Assembly: GCA_016840165.1 (NCBI GenBank)
Contig: JAEOSU010000037.1
Span: 20,100-84,099, forward strand
DNA: 64,000 bases
DNA from: Promethearchaeota archaeon
GTDB lineage: Archaea > Asgardarchaeota > Lokiarchaeia > Sigyniarchaeales > SOKP01
Direction of reading: 5' to 3'
Made by a program: the position numbers and the translations under genes. Below the pieces are notes generated by a model, which worked only from the letters and a program-made list of their open reading frames with translations, was not told the DNA's origin and made no database searches. Positions 1 through 10,313 of this stretch are shown in pieces; within the stretch, counting starts at the first letter, position 1; every line of letters begins with the position of its first letter.

Positions 1-66
1 TTTTTTTTCATAAGTTTAAATAATTGAACACAGAAGAAAGTTTAAAACCTAGTGCTATAAATCAAG

Positions 67-927
67 GTGAATGCTGATTCTAAGGGATCCAAATCCCAAT
101 CATTTGAACATATGCGAATGAAGTTATACTTCTATGAAAACATCCCTCTCACAAATGAAGTCACACGCATAGAAGAGGAGTATAAAATAGAAGACCAAAT
201 TGTTGATGTATATGCCGAGTTGAAAAATGGGAAAAAAGTTGCAATAGAGATCCAACACTCTAAAATATCATATACCACTTTGATTGAGCGAACTTCAAAG
301 TACACTAAAAGAGGAATATATGTTTTATGGATTCTTAATGGAAATTCTTTTAATAAAATTCCCCAAAACCAAGATGGGATAAGATTATCCAATCTCGAAC
401 TGCATCTACATAAAATGTATAAGGGGCGGGTATATTACGTAAATTTAGATTCTAAAGGGCTCTTAAGTGCTGTGTATGCATTAAGCTATGCTCCTTATTT
501 TAATTTAAAAGATGTTGTATATAAAAAGAAAGCTAGAAGTAAGAGGAGTGTATATTGCCAACAAATTGAAAGCTTAGGGCTCAAATGTACTTCTAAAAAG
601 TATAAATTAGCTATGTTTAGGGATACAGATGTTAAGTTTCAATGTGAAACAGAAATTTATAATATTTTAAAAAAATATTGTAGAGAAACATCCCGTTTAA
701 AATCAAATGAAAAACAAAATTTCCTTATTATCCCTGTGATAAAAGTCATATCACTACTCAGAGAAAAATATGGTTTCTATTTGGTTTATGATGTCTTAAA
801 AACTTCCAGAAATAATACTAATAAGTTAAAAATAATTAGATTTGGATTTATGAAAGATCGAGAGAATAAAGTTAGAGAATGCATTAAACTATCTCTCGCT
901 GATTATATTAATACAGACGAATATTAA
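67..927 (+). CDS. CoiA-like PD-(D/E)XK nuclease family protein
   Basis: SFEHMRMK followed by IVDVYAE...VAIEIQHS.IS...LIERT..Y...GIYVLWI matches the CoiA nuclease core; no N-terminal Cys zinc ribbon (in-frame TAA at 58-60). Confidence 0.7.
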   Translation: MNADSKGSKSQSFEHMRMKLYFYENIPLTNEVTRIEEEYKIEDQIVDVYAELKNGKKVAIEIQHSKISYTTLIERTSKYTKRGIYVLWILNGNSFNKIPQNQDGIRLSNLELHLHKMYKGRVYYVNLDSKGLLSAVYALSYAPYFNLKDVVYKKKARSKRSVYCQQIESLGLKCTSKKYKLAMFRDTDVKFQCETEIYNILKKYCRETSRLKSNEKQNFLIIPVIKVISLLREKYGFYLVYDVLKTSRNNTNKLKIIRFGFMKDRENKVRECIKLSLADYINTDEY

Positions 928-1293
928 ATTCTTAAGTAATTAATTTGAATTAAATATCACTCTTCTATTTTATGAATATGGATGAAATGGTAAAGGTTTT
1001 AATTGAAAAAATTGTAAAGTTATTTCTTGATATTCATAGGAAAAAAATTACATATATAGGATGAATGAAATAATTTTTGAAAAATTTTTATATAAATTAA
1101 ACAGATATTAAATTTTTTAATAAGTCGATAAAACAAAATTATATCTGCTTTTTAAACATGGAAAAAAAATTATAAAAAATGCGATAGAGCTTCAAATTTG
1201 TACATTTAAAGCCCAAATGTCCAATTCCGGCCCTAAATGCCCTCAATTAGAGAAATAGGTAAATTTTTAGTTTTTTTTATATATTAATGTGTT

Positions 1294-1313
1294 AAAAAAA
1301 AAGGTTTATATAT
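1294..1313 (+). promoter_or_regulatory. Putative BRE/TATA promoter for the RHH gene
   Basis: Purine run AAAAAAAAAGG followed by TTTATATA about 60 nt upstream of the ATG; weak evidence in AT-rich DNA. Confidence 0.3.
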
Positions 1314-1373
1314 CAGTTTGCAATAAATAATTATATAGAAAAATTTAATGAAAAATACGGTTAAGGCGATTGC

Positions 1374-1664
1374 ATGAAGATTGTGACAGTTAATGTACCC
1401 GAAAGTTATATAGATGCGATAAATAAGTTAATAGGGCAAAATGGGCTTTATCCCTCCCGATCCGAACTCATAAGATGTGCAGTTCGTGATTTTCTTTTAA
1501 AAGAACTTAAAGCTGCCAATAATATTGTTCGGTTTAATAATGACGAATTAACCGATTTTGATGAGGAAAATTTTGTTCGAGTACCTAATGAACGCTTAGA
1601 TGAAAATTCTGAACCTGTTACGGAATTTAAAACTTGGAAAATTGTTAAGAGATTAGAATTTTAA
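1374..1664 (+). CDS. Ribbon-helix-helix (CopG/Arc/MetJ) transcriptional regulator
   Basis: MKIVTVNVPESYIDAINKLI...YPSRSELIRCAVRDFL is a typical RHH signature. Confidence 0.85.
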   Translation: MKIVTVNVPESYIDAINKLIGQNGLYPSRSELIRCAVRDFLLKELKAANNIVRFNNDELTDFDEENFVRVPNERLDENSEPVTEFKTWKIVKRLEF

Positions 1665-1714
1665 TATAAATAAGATTTAATTATAAAACTATCAATATTT
1701 CTGGGATATACAAG

Positions 1715-1738
1715 TTCTTTTCTTTCTTTCTTTTTTTA
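1715..1738 (+). terminator. Oligo-U/pyrimidine tract terminator candidate
   Basis: TCTTTTCTTTCTTTCTTTTTTT about 50 nt after the RHH stop. Confidence 0.35.
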
Positions 1739-1966
1739 TGCACTTCTTTGATTTCAGAAAATTTTACATTTAAGTCTAATAATTCAATATTACAAATTTT
1801 TCATTTTTTTCTATAATTTCTTAAACAATAGTTTAAATTAATTAAATATATTTTTGAAGAAAGAGGAAAAATTAGATATGCATATATGAATAGATATGCA
1901 TTAATACCCGATAATATGAATTCAATTCCATTTAATAAATTAATATGAGAGAGTAATAAATATACG

Positions 1967-3241
1967 ATGAAAGATAATGAAAGTAAGGAGGAACATTATA
2001 AACCAAAATTTATGGAATGGGGTATCATCTCCAAAGATAATTTTAGTGATATATATGAGATTCCTATTAAACGATGGGATCCGTTATCGACGATTTCTAT
2101 AACCTCTAATGAATTTGGTCTTCATAAAAAACTAAAAAGATATCATGGGCATTATTCCTATCTAAGTCCTATACGAGGGAAACGGCCAAAAGGCTATAAA
2201 ACTATTCATGAAGCTTTTAAAGGTAAAGATGTCTCTAAAGATGCTGTTAAAGCTTTCAATGATGTATTTACAGCTATAACAGAGGGTAAACCTATTTATG
2301 ATGAGAATGGAAATCAAATTGGTGATGGGTATACTATGATAATTACTCAGGATGAAGAAAAGCGAGACAAACCATTTTTAGATACGCCACATAAAGTAGA
2401 ACGAATTCCAAGCAATTGTAAGGCCCTGACTTTAATAAATCGATATCCATCTATGGCAAGGGTAATTGATCCAAGTATATCAGATTATATTCAAGAAAAC
2501 CTTCCTTCTCACTTAAAATTAGCCAGAGGCATCAATCTTCTAACGATCTCCCGAAACTTGTATCCTTCATCAAATTTTAAATTAATACCAGAAGACATTT
2601 TAACGGGGATTTTTTTATCAATGAAAGAAGCAATATTGTATTGTATTCTCGAAGCAATCGAAAAAGATTATTATGATATCCCTGTGAATCCTTTCTTTAA
2701 TATCGGGCTTAAGGCAGGAGGTTCTCAACCAAGGATACATAGCCAAACGTATATTGATTTGAATGGAGATGGTCATGGAAATCGACTTGAATCATATTTA
2801 AATGCCTTTAAAGAGATGGGGGATAATTGCCATTTATGTGAAACTACTCATGGAAATAGCGATAGAATCATTATTGCCACTCAATATTGGACATTTTATA
2901 CCACAGGAAGCCCTGTAAGGAATTATCATATTAGATTTCACCCAAATGAGCATATTCGAAGATTTACTCAATTAAAAGTTAACCAAATGGAGGATTTAGC
3001 AAAAACTTTAAAGAAGATATTTATTGCGTTAGATAATATCGGAATCGATCCTAATCGAAATATAATATTTAATTGCTGTCCGTATGGATATGATGCAAAT
3101 TTTCATATGTTTGGTGATATCATTCCCCATGAGGTCATAGGCGGTGCTGAAATGGCAGACGATATGCGTGTTGCTCGAAAATTACCCCATATTGCTGCCT
3201 CAGAGATAAGAGACTCCTTAGAGGAGGTTTTAAAGAAGTAA
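1967..3241 (+). CDS. GalT/HIT-superfamily nucleotidyltransferase (galactose-1-P uridylyltransferase / ADP-glucose phosphorylase-like)
   Basis: NRYPS motif, FFNIGLKAGGSQPRIHSQ (GalT GxSxxHxHxQ variant), CHLC and a second HIT-like half. Confidence 0.7.
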   Translation: MKDNESKEEHYKPKFMEWGIISKDNFSDIYEIPIKRWDPLSTISITSNEFGLHKKLKRYHGHYSYLSPIRGKRPKGYKTIHEAFKGKDVSKDAVKAFNDVFTAITEGKPIYDENGNQIGDGYTMIITQDEEKRDKPFLDTPHKVERIPSNCKALTLINRYPSMARVIDPSISDYIQENLPSHLKLARGINLLTISRNLYPSSNFKLIPEDILTGIFLSMKEAILYCILEAIEKDYYDIPVNPFFNIGLKAGGSQPRIHSQTYIDLNGDGHGNRLESYLNAFKEMGDNCHLCETTHGNSDRIIIATQYWTFYTTGSPVRNYHIRFHPNEHIRRFTQLKVNQMEDLAKTLKKIFIALDNIGIDPNRNIIFNCCPYGYDANFHMFGDIIPHEVIGGAEMADDMRVARKLPHIAASEIRDSLEEVLKK

Positions 3242-3320
3242 GTAAATATTAATAATAACAAGTTTTAAATTTCACATTATATTAGTTTATTTTTAAATAA
3301 GAAAGCATGAGTGGAACTCA

Positions 3321-4469
3321 TTGAGAGAATGGTCTGCCATAATACTTGCTGGAGGAAAAGGTTCAAGGCTTATGCCGTTAACTTCATTATTACCAAAGCC
3401 TCTTGTAAAGGTTACAAATAAACCAATGGTAGATTATTCTATTGCACACCTTATATATGCTGATATAAAGCATATAATCCTTGCTTTAGCTTATAAAGGG
3501 GAGGAATTAAAAGATCACATAAATGCTACATGGACTAAAGACAAACTAGGAGATGTAGAATTAGAGTGTATAATTCAAGAGAGTAAAGGCACTGCTGATG
3601 CATATCGCTTACTTACAGATAACTTGGACTCTGAAAATGTGGTTGTGAGCATGGCAGATATTGTAACCAATTTACCAATGAAACAGTTCATGGATTTTCA
3701 TAAACAAAAAGGTGGAATGTCCACAATTTCAATGAAGACCAGTGAAAGCCATACTAGTCAATATGGAGTAGTTTTATTGGATAAAAATAGGAAAATTTAC
3801 CTTTTTTTAGAAAAACCAGCGCCTATGGAACTTTATTTAAGCAGTATGGCTTCTAGAACAGATCTTTTTTTACATACAAACATTATTAATACGGGAATTT
3901 ATTGTTTCAAAAAAGATATCGGGACTATTTTACATGAATCTGGGTTAATTGATTTTGGGGGTGAGGTATTTCCCTACATGCTTGAAAACGATTATGAATT
4001 ATATGGTTTCGTAAAGAATTATTATTGGTTAGATTGCGGAAATTCACAAACATATATGTGGGCAAACTGGGATTTGCTACGCAAATATTCTTGGCCAATT
4101 ACCCCAAATGGAGAGGAATATGATGGAGTGTATGTTATGGGGATTATAAATTCAGGACAAAATGTCACTATTGAAAAGCCTACCTGTTTTGGAGAATGTG
4201 TTAAATTAGGCAATAGAGTTAGGATTAAAGAGTTATCATCGATTGGGAACCAAGCAAGTATAGGAGAGGATACAGTAATCGAAAAAAGTGTTATTTGGGA
4301 TAATGTAAAAATTGGGGCTGGATGTAAAATAATTGAATCGGTAATCTGTAATAATTGTGAAATAGGAAATAATGTTGTCTTAAATAAAGCAATTATAGCC
4401 CCAAATTGTAAAATTAGTAATGATTCCCAAATTCAAGATAAAACCCTTGACCTTGGTACAATATTCTAA
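3321..4469 (+). CDS. NDP-sugar pyrophosphorylase (mannose-1-P guanylyltransferase-like) with left-handed beta-helix
   Basis: ILAGGKGSRLMPLT...PKPL, GTADA, YGVV, FLEKP, INTGIY, YWLDCG; C-terminal hexapeptide repeats; TTG start. Confidence 0.9.
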   Translation: MREWSAIILAGGKGSRLMPLTSLLPKPLVKVTNKPMVDYSIAHLIYADIKHIILALAYKGEELKDHINATWTKDKLGDVELECIIQESKGTADAYRLLTDNLDSENVVVSMADIVTNLPMKQFMDFHKQKGGMSTISMKTSESHTSQYGVVLLDKNRKIYLFLEKPAPMELYLSSMASRTDLFLHTNIINTGIYCFKKDIGTILHESGLIDFGGEVFPYMLENDYELYGFVKNYYWLDCGNSQTYMWANWDLLRKYSWPITPNGEEYDGVYVMGIINSGQNVTIEKPTCFGECVKLGNRVRIKELSSIGNQASIGEDTVIEKSVIWDNVKIGAGCKIIESVICNNCEIGNNVVLNKAIIAPNCKISNDSQIQDKTLDLGTIF

Positions 4470-4490
4470 TATTTTACCCATAAAATCTCG

Positions 4491-7400
4491 TTATGAACTC
4501 TTCTCGATTTCTAAAAACTTTTGTACTTGATAACCGGATCTTTCAGAAATTTGGAGCCAATTTTTTAAACTGAACAGAGCTTTTTGAATTTGGACTTCTT
4601 TTAAATCATCCTTTAAGCCGTGTGATTGAATTAACGTAATTAAAAATAGCCATCGCAAAAAAATCTTAAATCTTTCAGCGCTAAACCATAGAATATTTTG
4701 ATATCTATTAAAATTGAGATATTCTTGAATATCGGGATCGCTCATTAAAATAACCATATAAGAAGGTTCAATATTATCACTGAGAGTAATAGTTTTAAAT
4801 ATATTTTGATATTTGACTAAAATTTTAATTAATGAGAGTTTTTCTGAAATCTCACCATCATTTTGAGAAAGAAAACTTTTAAGAACAATTTGGAGATATT
4901 TCGAAAGATGCCAATCATCAATTAAACTAATAGTGCGTAATTCATAGTTATTCAGAGCAGTTAATTTCCCTAGATTATGAATGAATACCCAGCATATTAA
5001 GATTGCTTTTTCAAAATTAGTTTTAGGAATTAAGTTAGAGATTTCACCGATCAATGTTGGCGATAACTTAATCTTATTTAAATCTTCCGTAAGATTCAAA
5101 ACGAGATTTAACTTATCTAAAATTTCATCTTTTGTGGGTGTGATTTCTCCTTTATAAGCAGAATATTTCTTAGCTTCCCCTAAAAAATCATTTAAACTCG
5201 TGTTTATTCTTCGTAGTAGCTTTTTAGTATTTTTTCCATTAGCAATTAAATCCGAAATAGTTATAGGATTAATAATTTCTTTAAATGGTTGATTTAATGG
5301 CTTATATACCATCTCTTGTAAGGTTTCTTTGATATTATAAACTCCATTCCCCGCCAATAAATCATGAAGTTGAGCATAATGGAAAAATTCGTTATCATAG
5401 ACAATCTGAAAATCCATGAATACAAATCTTTGGTATGCATTTAGTTCTATATAAAGCCCTTTATCAATCAAGTCATTCGTTCTGCGGATATATTCTAAGT
5501 TGCTTATATAATCTTTAAAAATGCAATACGCATCTTTAGGTAGATCAAGTCCTTCTGAGAGCCTTTTTTGGATAATTGTACTTTCATCACCAATCTTTAC
5601 TGAAAATCCTACGGAATTTTTAATATAACCTTTAGTCTCTCTAAATTTATTATGATATATTACAAGAGCCCTTTCATTTTTGAACTTATTTGAATACGCA
5701 AAAACATCCTCATTAACATAATTCCCAGTCCAGAAATCGTAAATTAGAAAATTTTTCACTCCAGCAAATAAATATCTCTTCTTTAGGAGGGGAAAGATAG
5801 TATCTTTATGATGTTGAAGTAAACTCTGATTGACCTCCTCGTCCCAGTAAGGTTTGCGATATTCCATCCCATACTTTTCATTATAACCCTCTACTTGACC
5901 ATGACCAAACATCGGTAATCCTGGCATTGTTACCATAAGGGTACAAATGCCAAAGTATTTCTCTCCATCACCAAATTGCTTAATTGCAGTCTCTTCATCA
6001 GGGTTATTCATAAAGTTGACAAATCTTTTAAGAATTTTAGGATCAAATTCTATTGTATTCCGAATAACTGCTCTATACTTTGCATTATCCTCGTCCCGTA
6101 ACATATTCATAAAAGCAGAGTTATAAACACGATGCATTCCAAGAGTTCTTACGAAAAAACCTTCTAATAACCAAAATGCTTCAGCGAGTAAAAGCGTGTC
6201 AGGATTCTCTTTATTTATTCTATCAACAACATCTCTCCAAAATTCATTTGGAAAGACTTTCAAATAATCAGCACGAGATATTCCATGTTCTGCTCTTGAA
6301 GGGATGGCTCCACCCGTACCAGGTTCAGGGAACCATAATCTCTGATAATGTTTATGTGTGAGAGTCATTGCAGCATCAAAACGTATGATAGGAAACAATC
6401 GAGAGACATGAAGTATCATTTGAATGACTGCTTCTCTTACATTTGGATTTAAAAAGTTTAATTGAGCCGTATCATTCCATGGAAAACTGGTCCCATCATT
6501 ACCATGATAAATATATCTCTCATCACCATTTCGATAATCAATCCGTTTGAAGGTAACCGCCGCATCAGATCGGGAGAAATATTTATCTTCAAGATAAATA
6601 CCAATATCTGGAATACCTGATAGATTCTCTCCAGTATAATTATATGACGGAAATGGGGGATATGGCAATGCTATAAACCAGTCTGGATGTTCAATGACCC
6701 ATTTTGAAACAATTCCCATATGATTTGGTACCATATCACTAGCTAATCGAATTCTTCTCACCCAAGCTCTTTCCTTTAAGTTTTTTAAAGCGTCATGACC
6801 CCCTAAATCATTAGCAATAACATAATCGTATATTGAGTAAGCGCTTGCTTCTGCCTCAGGATTGCCACACCATCGTTTTATTGTTTTTGAGGCTTGACTG
6901 CGTTCCCATACTCCAATGAGCCAGATTGCATTAAAACCACAATCTCGTAATCTATCTAATTCTTCATTGGGAATTTGATCCAGTTTATTAATTGAACGGT
7001 GATATTCTTTGGAAAGCTGTGCAAGCCAAACATAGATATTTTTTGCAATCATAACCACGTTAGGCATCCAGTCTTTATCAGGGGTAAAATTTTCATACTC
7101 TAATTGACTATATTCATAAACTAATGACTCTCCGGGCCCCAATCCTCTAAATTGTTCCTCTTCTCGAATCAAATCTAAAGCCGTTAATATTTTATAGAGG
7201 TTATCTCCTAATAATTCTCCCCAGTTTTGACTTATATATTCAAGTTGTTCACGGATAGAATGAGGATATTTTTCTGATGGCTCTTTTAGCAAATCGATCA
7301 GGTTTTGGTCATTTGGTCCAATTTTAGGTTTAGTGTCAAAAAAAGATTCAATTTCATTAATAATTTGGTTGTATTCCGTTTTTTTCTCCAGTGATGCATC

Positions 7401-7898
7401 ATCAAAAAACTCTAAATAAGGTGAAAAGGAAGGATTTTCATTTGCGATCCAAAGATTCAGGAATTCTTGTAAAAATTGAATCTTATTTTCAGAATCTTCA
7501 CTTTTTGTCTCTAAGAAATCTTCAAGAGGAATCTTATTTTGAAAAATAGGGTCGGGAGGAAAGTCTTCTACTAGTCTTTTTGTACTATCCAGTAGATTCG
7601 CCTCTCCAATAGCTTCCGATAGATGATCAAATAAATCTTTAAATAAATTACTCTCTGTAAACTTTTTTCCATATTGTTCTATAATATCATTTGATATTTC
7701 CCAAATTAGAGCCATTCCGTTAAACTGGGCCACTTTTACTGCTAATTCAGGATAATTAATTAAATCTTTATTTTGATTTAGTTTCTGAACAAAAAGTCTA
7801 ACAGAATATATATCTCCATCGAATTCTATGTTCCCCTTCTCGTTAAACTTAAAATCCTCTAAATTATACTTTTGACGGGCCTCTCGGGATAATTTCAT
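4491..7898 (-). CDS. Large GH13 alpha-amylase-family glycoside hydrolase
   Basis: DMVPNH, IRFDAAM (nucleophile), LLAEAFW (acid/base), FMNNPDEE; long N- and C-terminal extensions. Confidence 0.88.
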   Translation of the reverse strand: MKLSREARQKYNLEDFKFNEKGNIEFDGDIYSVRLFVQKLNQNKDLINYPELAVKVAQFNGMALIWEISNDIIEQYGKKFTESNLFKDLFDHLSEAIGEANLLDSTKRLVEDFPPDPIFQNKIPLEDFLETKSEDSENKIQFLQEFLNLWIANENPSFSPYLEFFDDASLEKKTEYNQIINEIESFFDTKPKIGPNDQNLIDLLKEPSEKYPHSIREQLEYISQNWGELLGDNLYKILTALDLIREEEQFRGLGPGESLVYEYSQLEYENFTPDKDWMPNVVMIAKNIYVWLAQLSKEYHRSINKLDQIPNEELDRLRDCGFNAIWLIGVWERSQASKTIKRWCGNPEAEASAYSIYDYVIANDLGGHDALKNLKERAWVRRIRLASDMVPNHMGIVSKWVIEHPDWFIALPYPPFPSYNYTGENLSGIPDIGIYLEDKYFSRSDAAVTFKRIDYRNGDERYIYHGNDGTSFPWNDTAQLNFLNPNVREAVIQMILHVSRLFPIIRFDAAMTLTHKHYQRLWFPEPGTGGAIPSRAEHGISRADYLKVFPNEFWRDVVDRINKENPDTLLLAEAFWLLEGFFVRTLGMHRVYNSAFMNMLRDEDNAKYRAVIRNTIEFDPKILKRFVNFMNNPDEETAIKQFGDGEKYFGICTLMVTMPGLPMFGHGQVEGYNEKYGMEYRKPYWDEEVNQSLLQHHKDTIFPLLKKRYLFAGVKNFLIYDFWTGNYVNEDVFAYSNKFKNERALVIYHNKFRETKGYIKNSVGFSVKIGDESTIIQKRLSEGLDLPKDAYCIFKDYISNLEYIRRTNDLIDKGLYIELNAYQRFVFMDFQIVYDNEFFHYAQLHDLLAGNGVYNIKETLQEMVYKPLNQPFKEIINPITISDLIANGKNTKKLLRRINTSLNDFLGEAKKYSAYKGEITPTKDEILDKLNLVLNLTEDLNKIKLSPTLIGEISNLIPKTNFEKAILICWVFIHNLGKLTALNNYELRTISLIDDWHLSKYLQIVLKSFLSQNDGEISEKLSLIKILVKYQNIFKTITLSDNIEPSYMVILMSDPDIQEYLNFNRYQNILWFSAERFKIFLRWLFLITLIQSHGLKDDLKEVQIQKALFSLKNWLQISERSGYQVQKFLEIEKSS

Positions 7899-8046
7899 AA
7901 TATTTCATGTAATGTGGATATGATTCTTATTATTTCTTCTAAGAATAATAGTACTTAATCATTAAAAACCATTAAAGTTATAAATTTAAAACTACCTACA
8001 TTAATTATATTTTCCAAATAGATAATTCAAAGTATATTTGATCTAA

Positions 8047-9438
8047 ATGGTTGATAATCTTAATAATTTAAATAAAAACGGTAGAATCATCGGACGCGCC
8101 AATCATATCTTCACACCAGAGATTTCGAGTGTAATAGGCTCTATTCATGGTAGTATGTTCAATGAAAATGAGACTATAGTTATTGGAAGGGATTATCATA
8201 ACGACAGTCGCATGTTAAAGAGAGGATATACTTCAGGAGTTATGAGTACAGGGGTAAATATATTAAATCTCTCAGATTGTACTTACCCTTTACTTCAATT
8301 CACGATAAGAAGGTTCGGAGCGAGCGGAGGAGTATATTTTTCGGGGGGACATTTGTATAGTGAGGATGTTGGAGTACGTTTTGTGGATGCAGGTGGAATT
8401 GAATTTTCTCCTAATGAAATTTCGAAATTGATCGCCGCATATAATATTTATCCGAAAAAAGTCAGACGAGTAGAACCCAGTAAAATTGGACAGATTACAG
8501 CAATCCCTCAAACTCAAGATGTCTATATTAAATCATTGGAGCAATTTGTAAGCTCGAAAGAAATTAAGGAGGCTAATCTAAAAATAGTTATTGATTGTTC
8601 ATATGGACCCACTGGAAAAATAACACCATTGTTACTAAATGGTATTGGAATAGAAGTTATTGCCCTAAATACTCACTACCGAGAACGATCAAAAGTACCA
8701 GTTCCTTCAATTAACACGATTAGAAATACTGCGGATATTGTTAAAGCATCAAATAGTCATCTAGGGGTTTGTTTTGATGTTGATGGTTCACGAATATTAG
8801 TCTTAGATGAAAATGGATTAGAAGTGAGTTATGAGGATTTATTAATGCTATTTATAACATTTAATAAAAAGATTCAACAATCCAAATCAAGCCCAATTAT
8901 TACAACACCTTCTATTTCTCCTATTGTGAAGTCGTTTATTGAAGAGAGTGGCTTCCCTGTGGCAAAGGTAGAAAATTATCCCGGTGAAATTTCAAGAAAG
9001 ATAAGAGATCTTAGGGCATGTTTTGCAGCTGCTGATACCTTAAAATTCTATTTCCCTAACTTCGGTCCTTATTCGGACGGAAATTTTATTCTATTGAAAG
9101 TCATTGAGATAATGGCAAACCAAAAAGATCTGATTAGCTCTATCATCAAAGGATTTCCTAAAGGAATTAAAATTAATAAAACTATAACGATTTCTGAAGA
9201 TAACATTGATAATATTCATAATCGTTTAATTGAGTACACTGAGGAACAAGGATTCCGCTATCATGATATTATCAATGAACTAAAAATTATTGATGAGGGT
9301 GTATATACCATAATTAAGGTTGATTTATACCGAAATGCGCTTTTATTGTCATCTGAATCAGAAGATCAGAATTTAGCAAAAAAAATGATTGATGATATAA
9401 CAAAGACAATTGAAAAATTTGAAAAAAACAAAAATTAA
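8047..9438 (+). CDS. Phosphoglucomutase/phosphomannomutase-fold protein with degenerate active site
   Basis: IVIGRDY..DSRML, KIVIDCSYG, GVCFDVDGSR; TASHN phosphoserine loop replaced by YFSGGH. Confidence 0.75.
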   Translation: MVDNLNNLNKNGRIIGRANHIFTPEISSVIGSIHGSMFNENETIVIGRDYHNDSRMLKRGYTSGVMSTGVNILNLSDCTYPLLQFTIRRFGASGGVYFSGGHLYSEDVGVRFVDAGGIEFSPNEISKLIAAYNIYPKKVRRVEPSKIGQITAIPQTQDVYIKSLEQFVSSKEIKEANLKIVIDCSYGPTGKITPLLLNGIGIEVIALNTHYRERSKVPVPSINTIRNTADIVKASNSHLGVCFDVDGSRILVLDENGLEVSYEDLLMLFITFNKKIQQSKSSPIITTPSISPIVKSFIEESGFPVAKVENYPGEISRKIRDLRACFAAADTLKFYFPNFGPYSDGNFILLKVIEIMANQKDLISSIIKGFPKGIKINKTITISEDNIDNIHNRLIEYTEEQGFRYHDIINELKIIDEGVYTIIKVDLYRNALLLSSESEDQNLAKKMIDDITKTIEKFEKNKN

Positions 9439-9520
9439 TCTATTTAATATTTAAAAGCTAAATTAATTATATTAATTAATAATAAATAAATTTAAATAAA
9501 TTAAAAAGAGAGTTTTTACC

Positions 9521-10219
9521 GTGGCTGTAATAGACATAAATGCAACAATCATATTGGTTACTCTATTTGTAATATATGGGGTGTTTTTATTTTTTGACTT
9601 ATTTAAAAGGAATGAGAATTATGGTTACTTAGCGTATTTAGTGGCACTTGCTCCAATAAACTTTCTATGGTTTTTAAATTTTGATGTATTGGGGATATAT
9701 CTTGTATTATTTATTTTATGGTGCATCTGTTTAATTCGAGATCTATGGGGCGTTAAATCTGAAAAGAAAGAGATTAATCAGATAGTTTTATATTTGGTTT
9801 TAGCAATAATCGTTCAATTAATCCTCTCTGCGATATTACCTGCATCAAATATCAATTTGCAAACAAATACCGAATTATTCTGGTTTTTCTATCTACCTGA
9901 TATATATGATATTAATTTTGCTCCAGAAAGTTGGGTAAATCTTGATATTTTGACCGCTTTTCGAATCACTGCAACATTATTAGTAATTTTGGTAATTATT
10001 CCATTGTTGGTTGATATTAAAGGAGAAGAAATTCCTGTTCCTGTGTTTATCATAATAATCGGTCTGTTTATTATACCATTTCTATATTTAGGTTGGATCT
10101 GGTTACCGCAGGGTATGGCTGTATTAACCTTACTCTTCTCTGTAATCCTTTTTATCGTGCTACTTCTGATTACGCGGTCTGGCAAGGAGGTCCAAGTCCA
10201 AGTTAAGAAAAAGCAATAA
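9521..10219 (+). CDS. Hypothetical polytopic membrane protein
   Basis: About 7 hydrophobic segments; GTG start; no recognisable motif. Confidence 0.7.
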   Translation: MAVIDINATIILVTLFVIYGVFLFFDLFKRNENYGYLAYLVALAPINFLWFLNFDVLGIYLVLFILWCICLIRDLWGVKSEKKEINQIVLYLVLAIIVQLILSAILPASNINLQTNTELFWFFYLPDIYDINFAPESWVNLDILTAFRITATLLVILVIIPLLVDIKGEEIPVPVFIIIIGLFIIPFLYLGWIWLPQGMAVLTLLFSVILFIVLLLITRSGKEVQVQVKKKQ

Positions 10220-10313
10220 GTTGACCAATATTATTATTTTTTTATTATAATTTTTATAGATAAATTGAAATACTTTAATGAGATCCAACAAACTAGTAAA
10301 AGGTAAATAACGT

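Noticed and set aside
1209-1250. Imperfect direct repeat GCCCAAATGTCCAATT / GCCCTAAATGCCCTCAATT upstream of the RHH gene
   Set aside because: Two degenerate copies only; cannot be distinguished from chance
1964-1969. ACG immediately before the ATG of the GalT-like gene
   Set aside because: A canonical ATG follows directly, so it adds nothing to the ACG-start case
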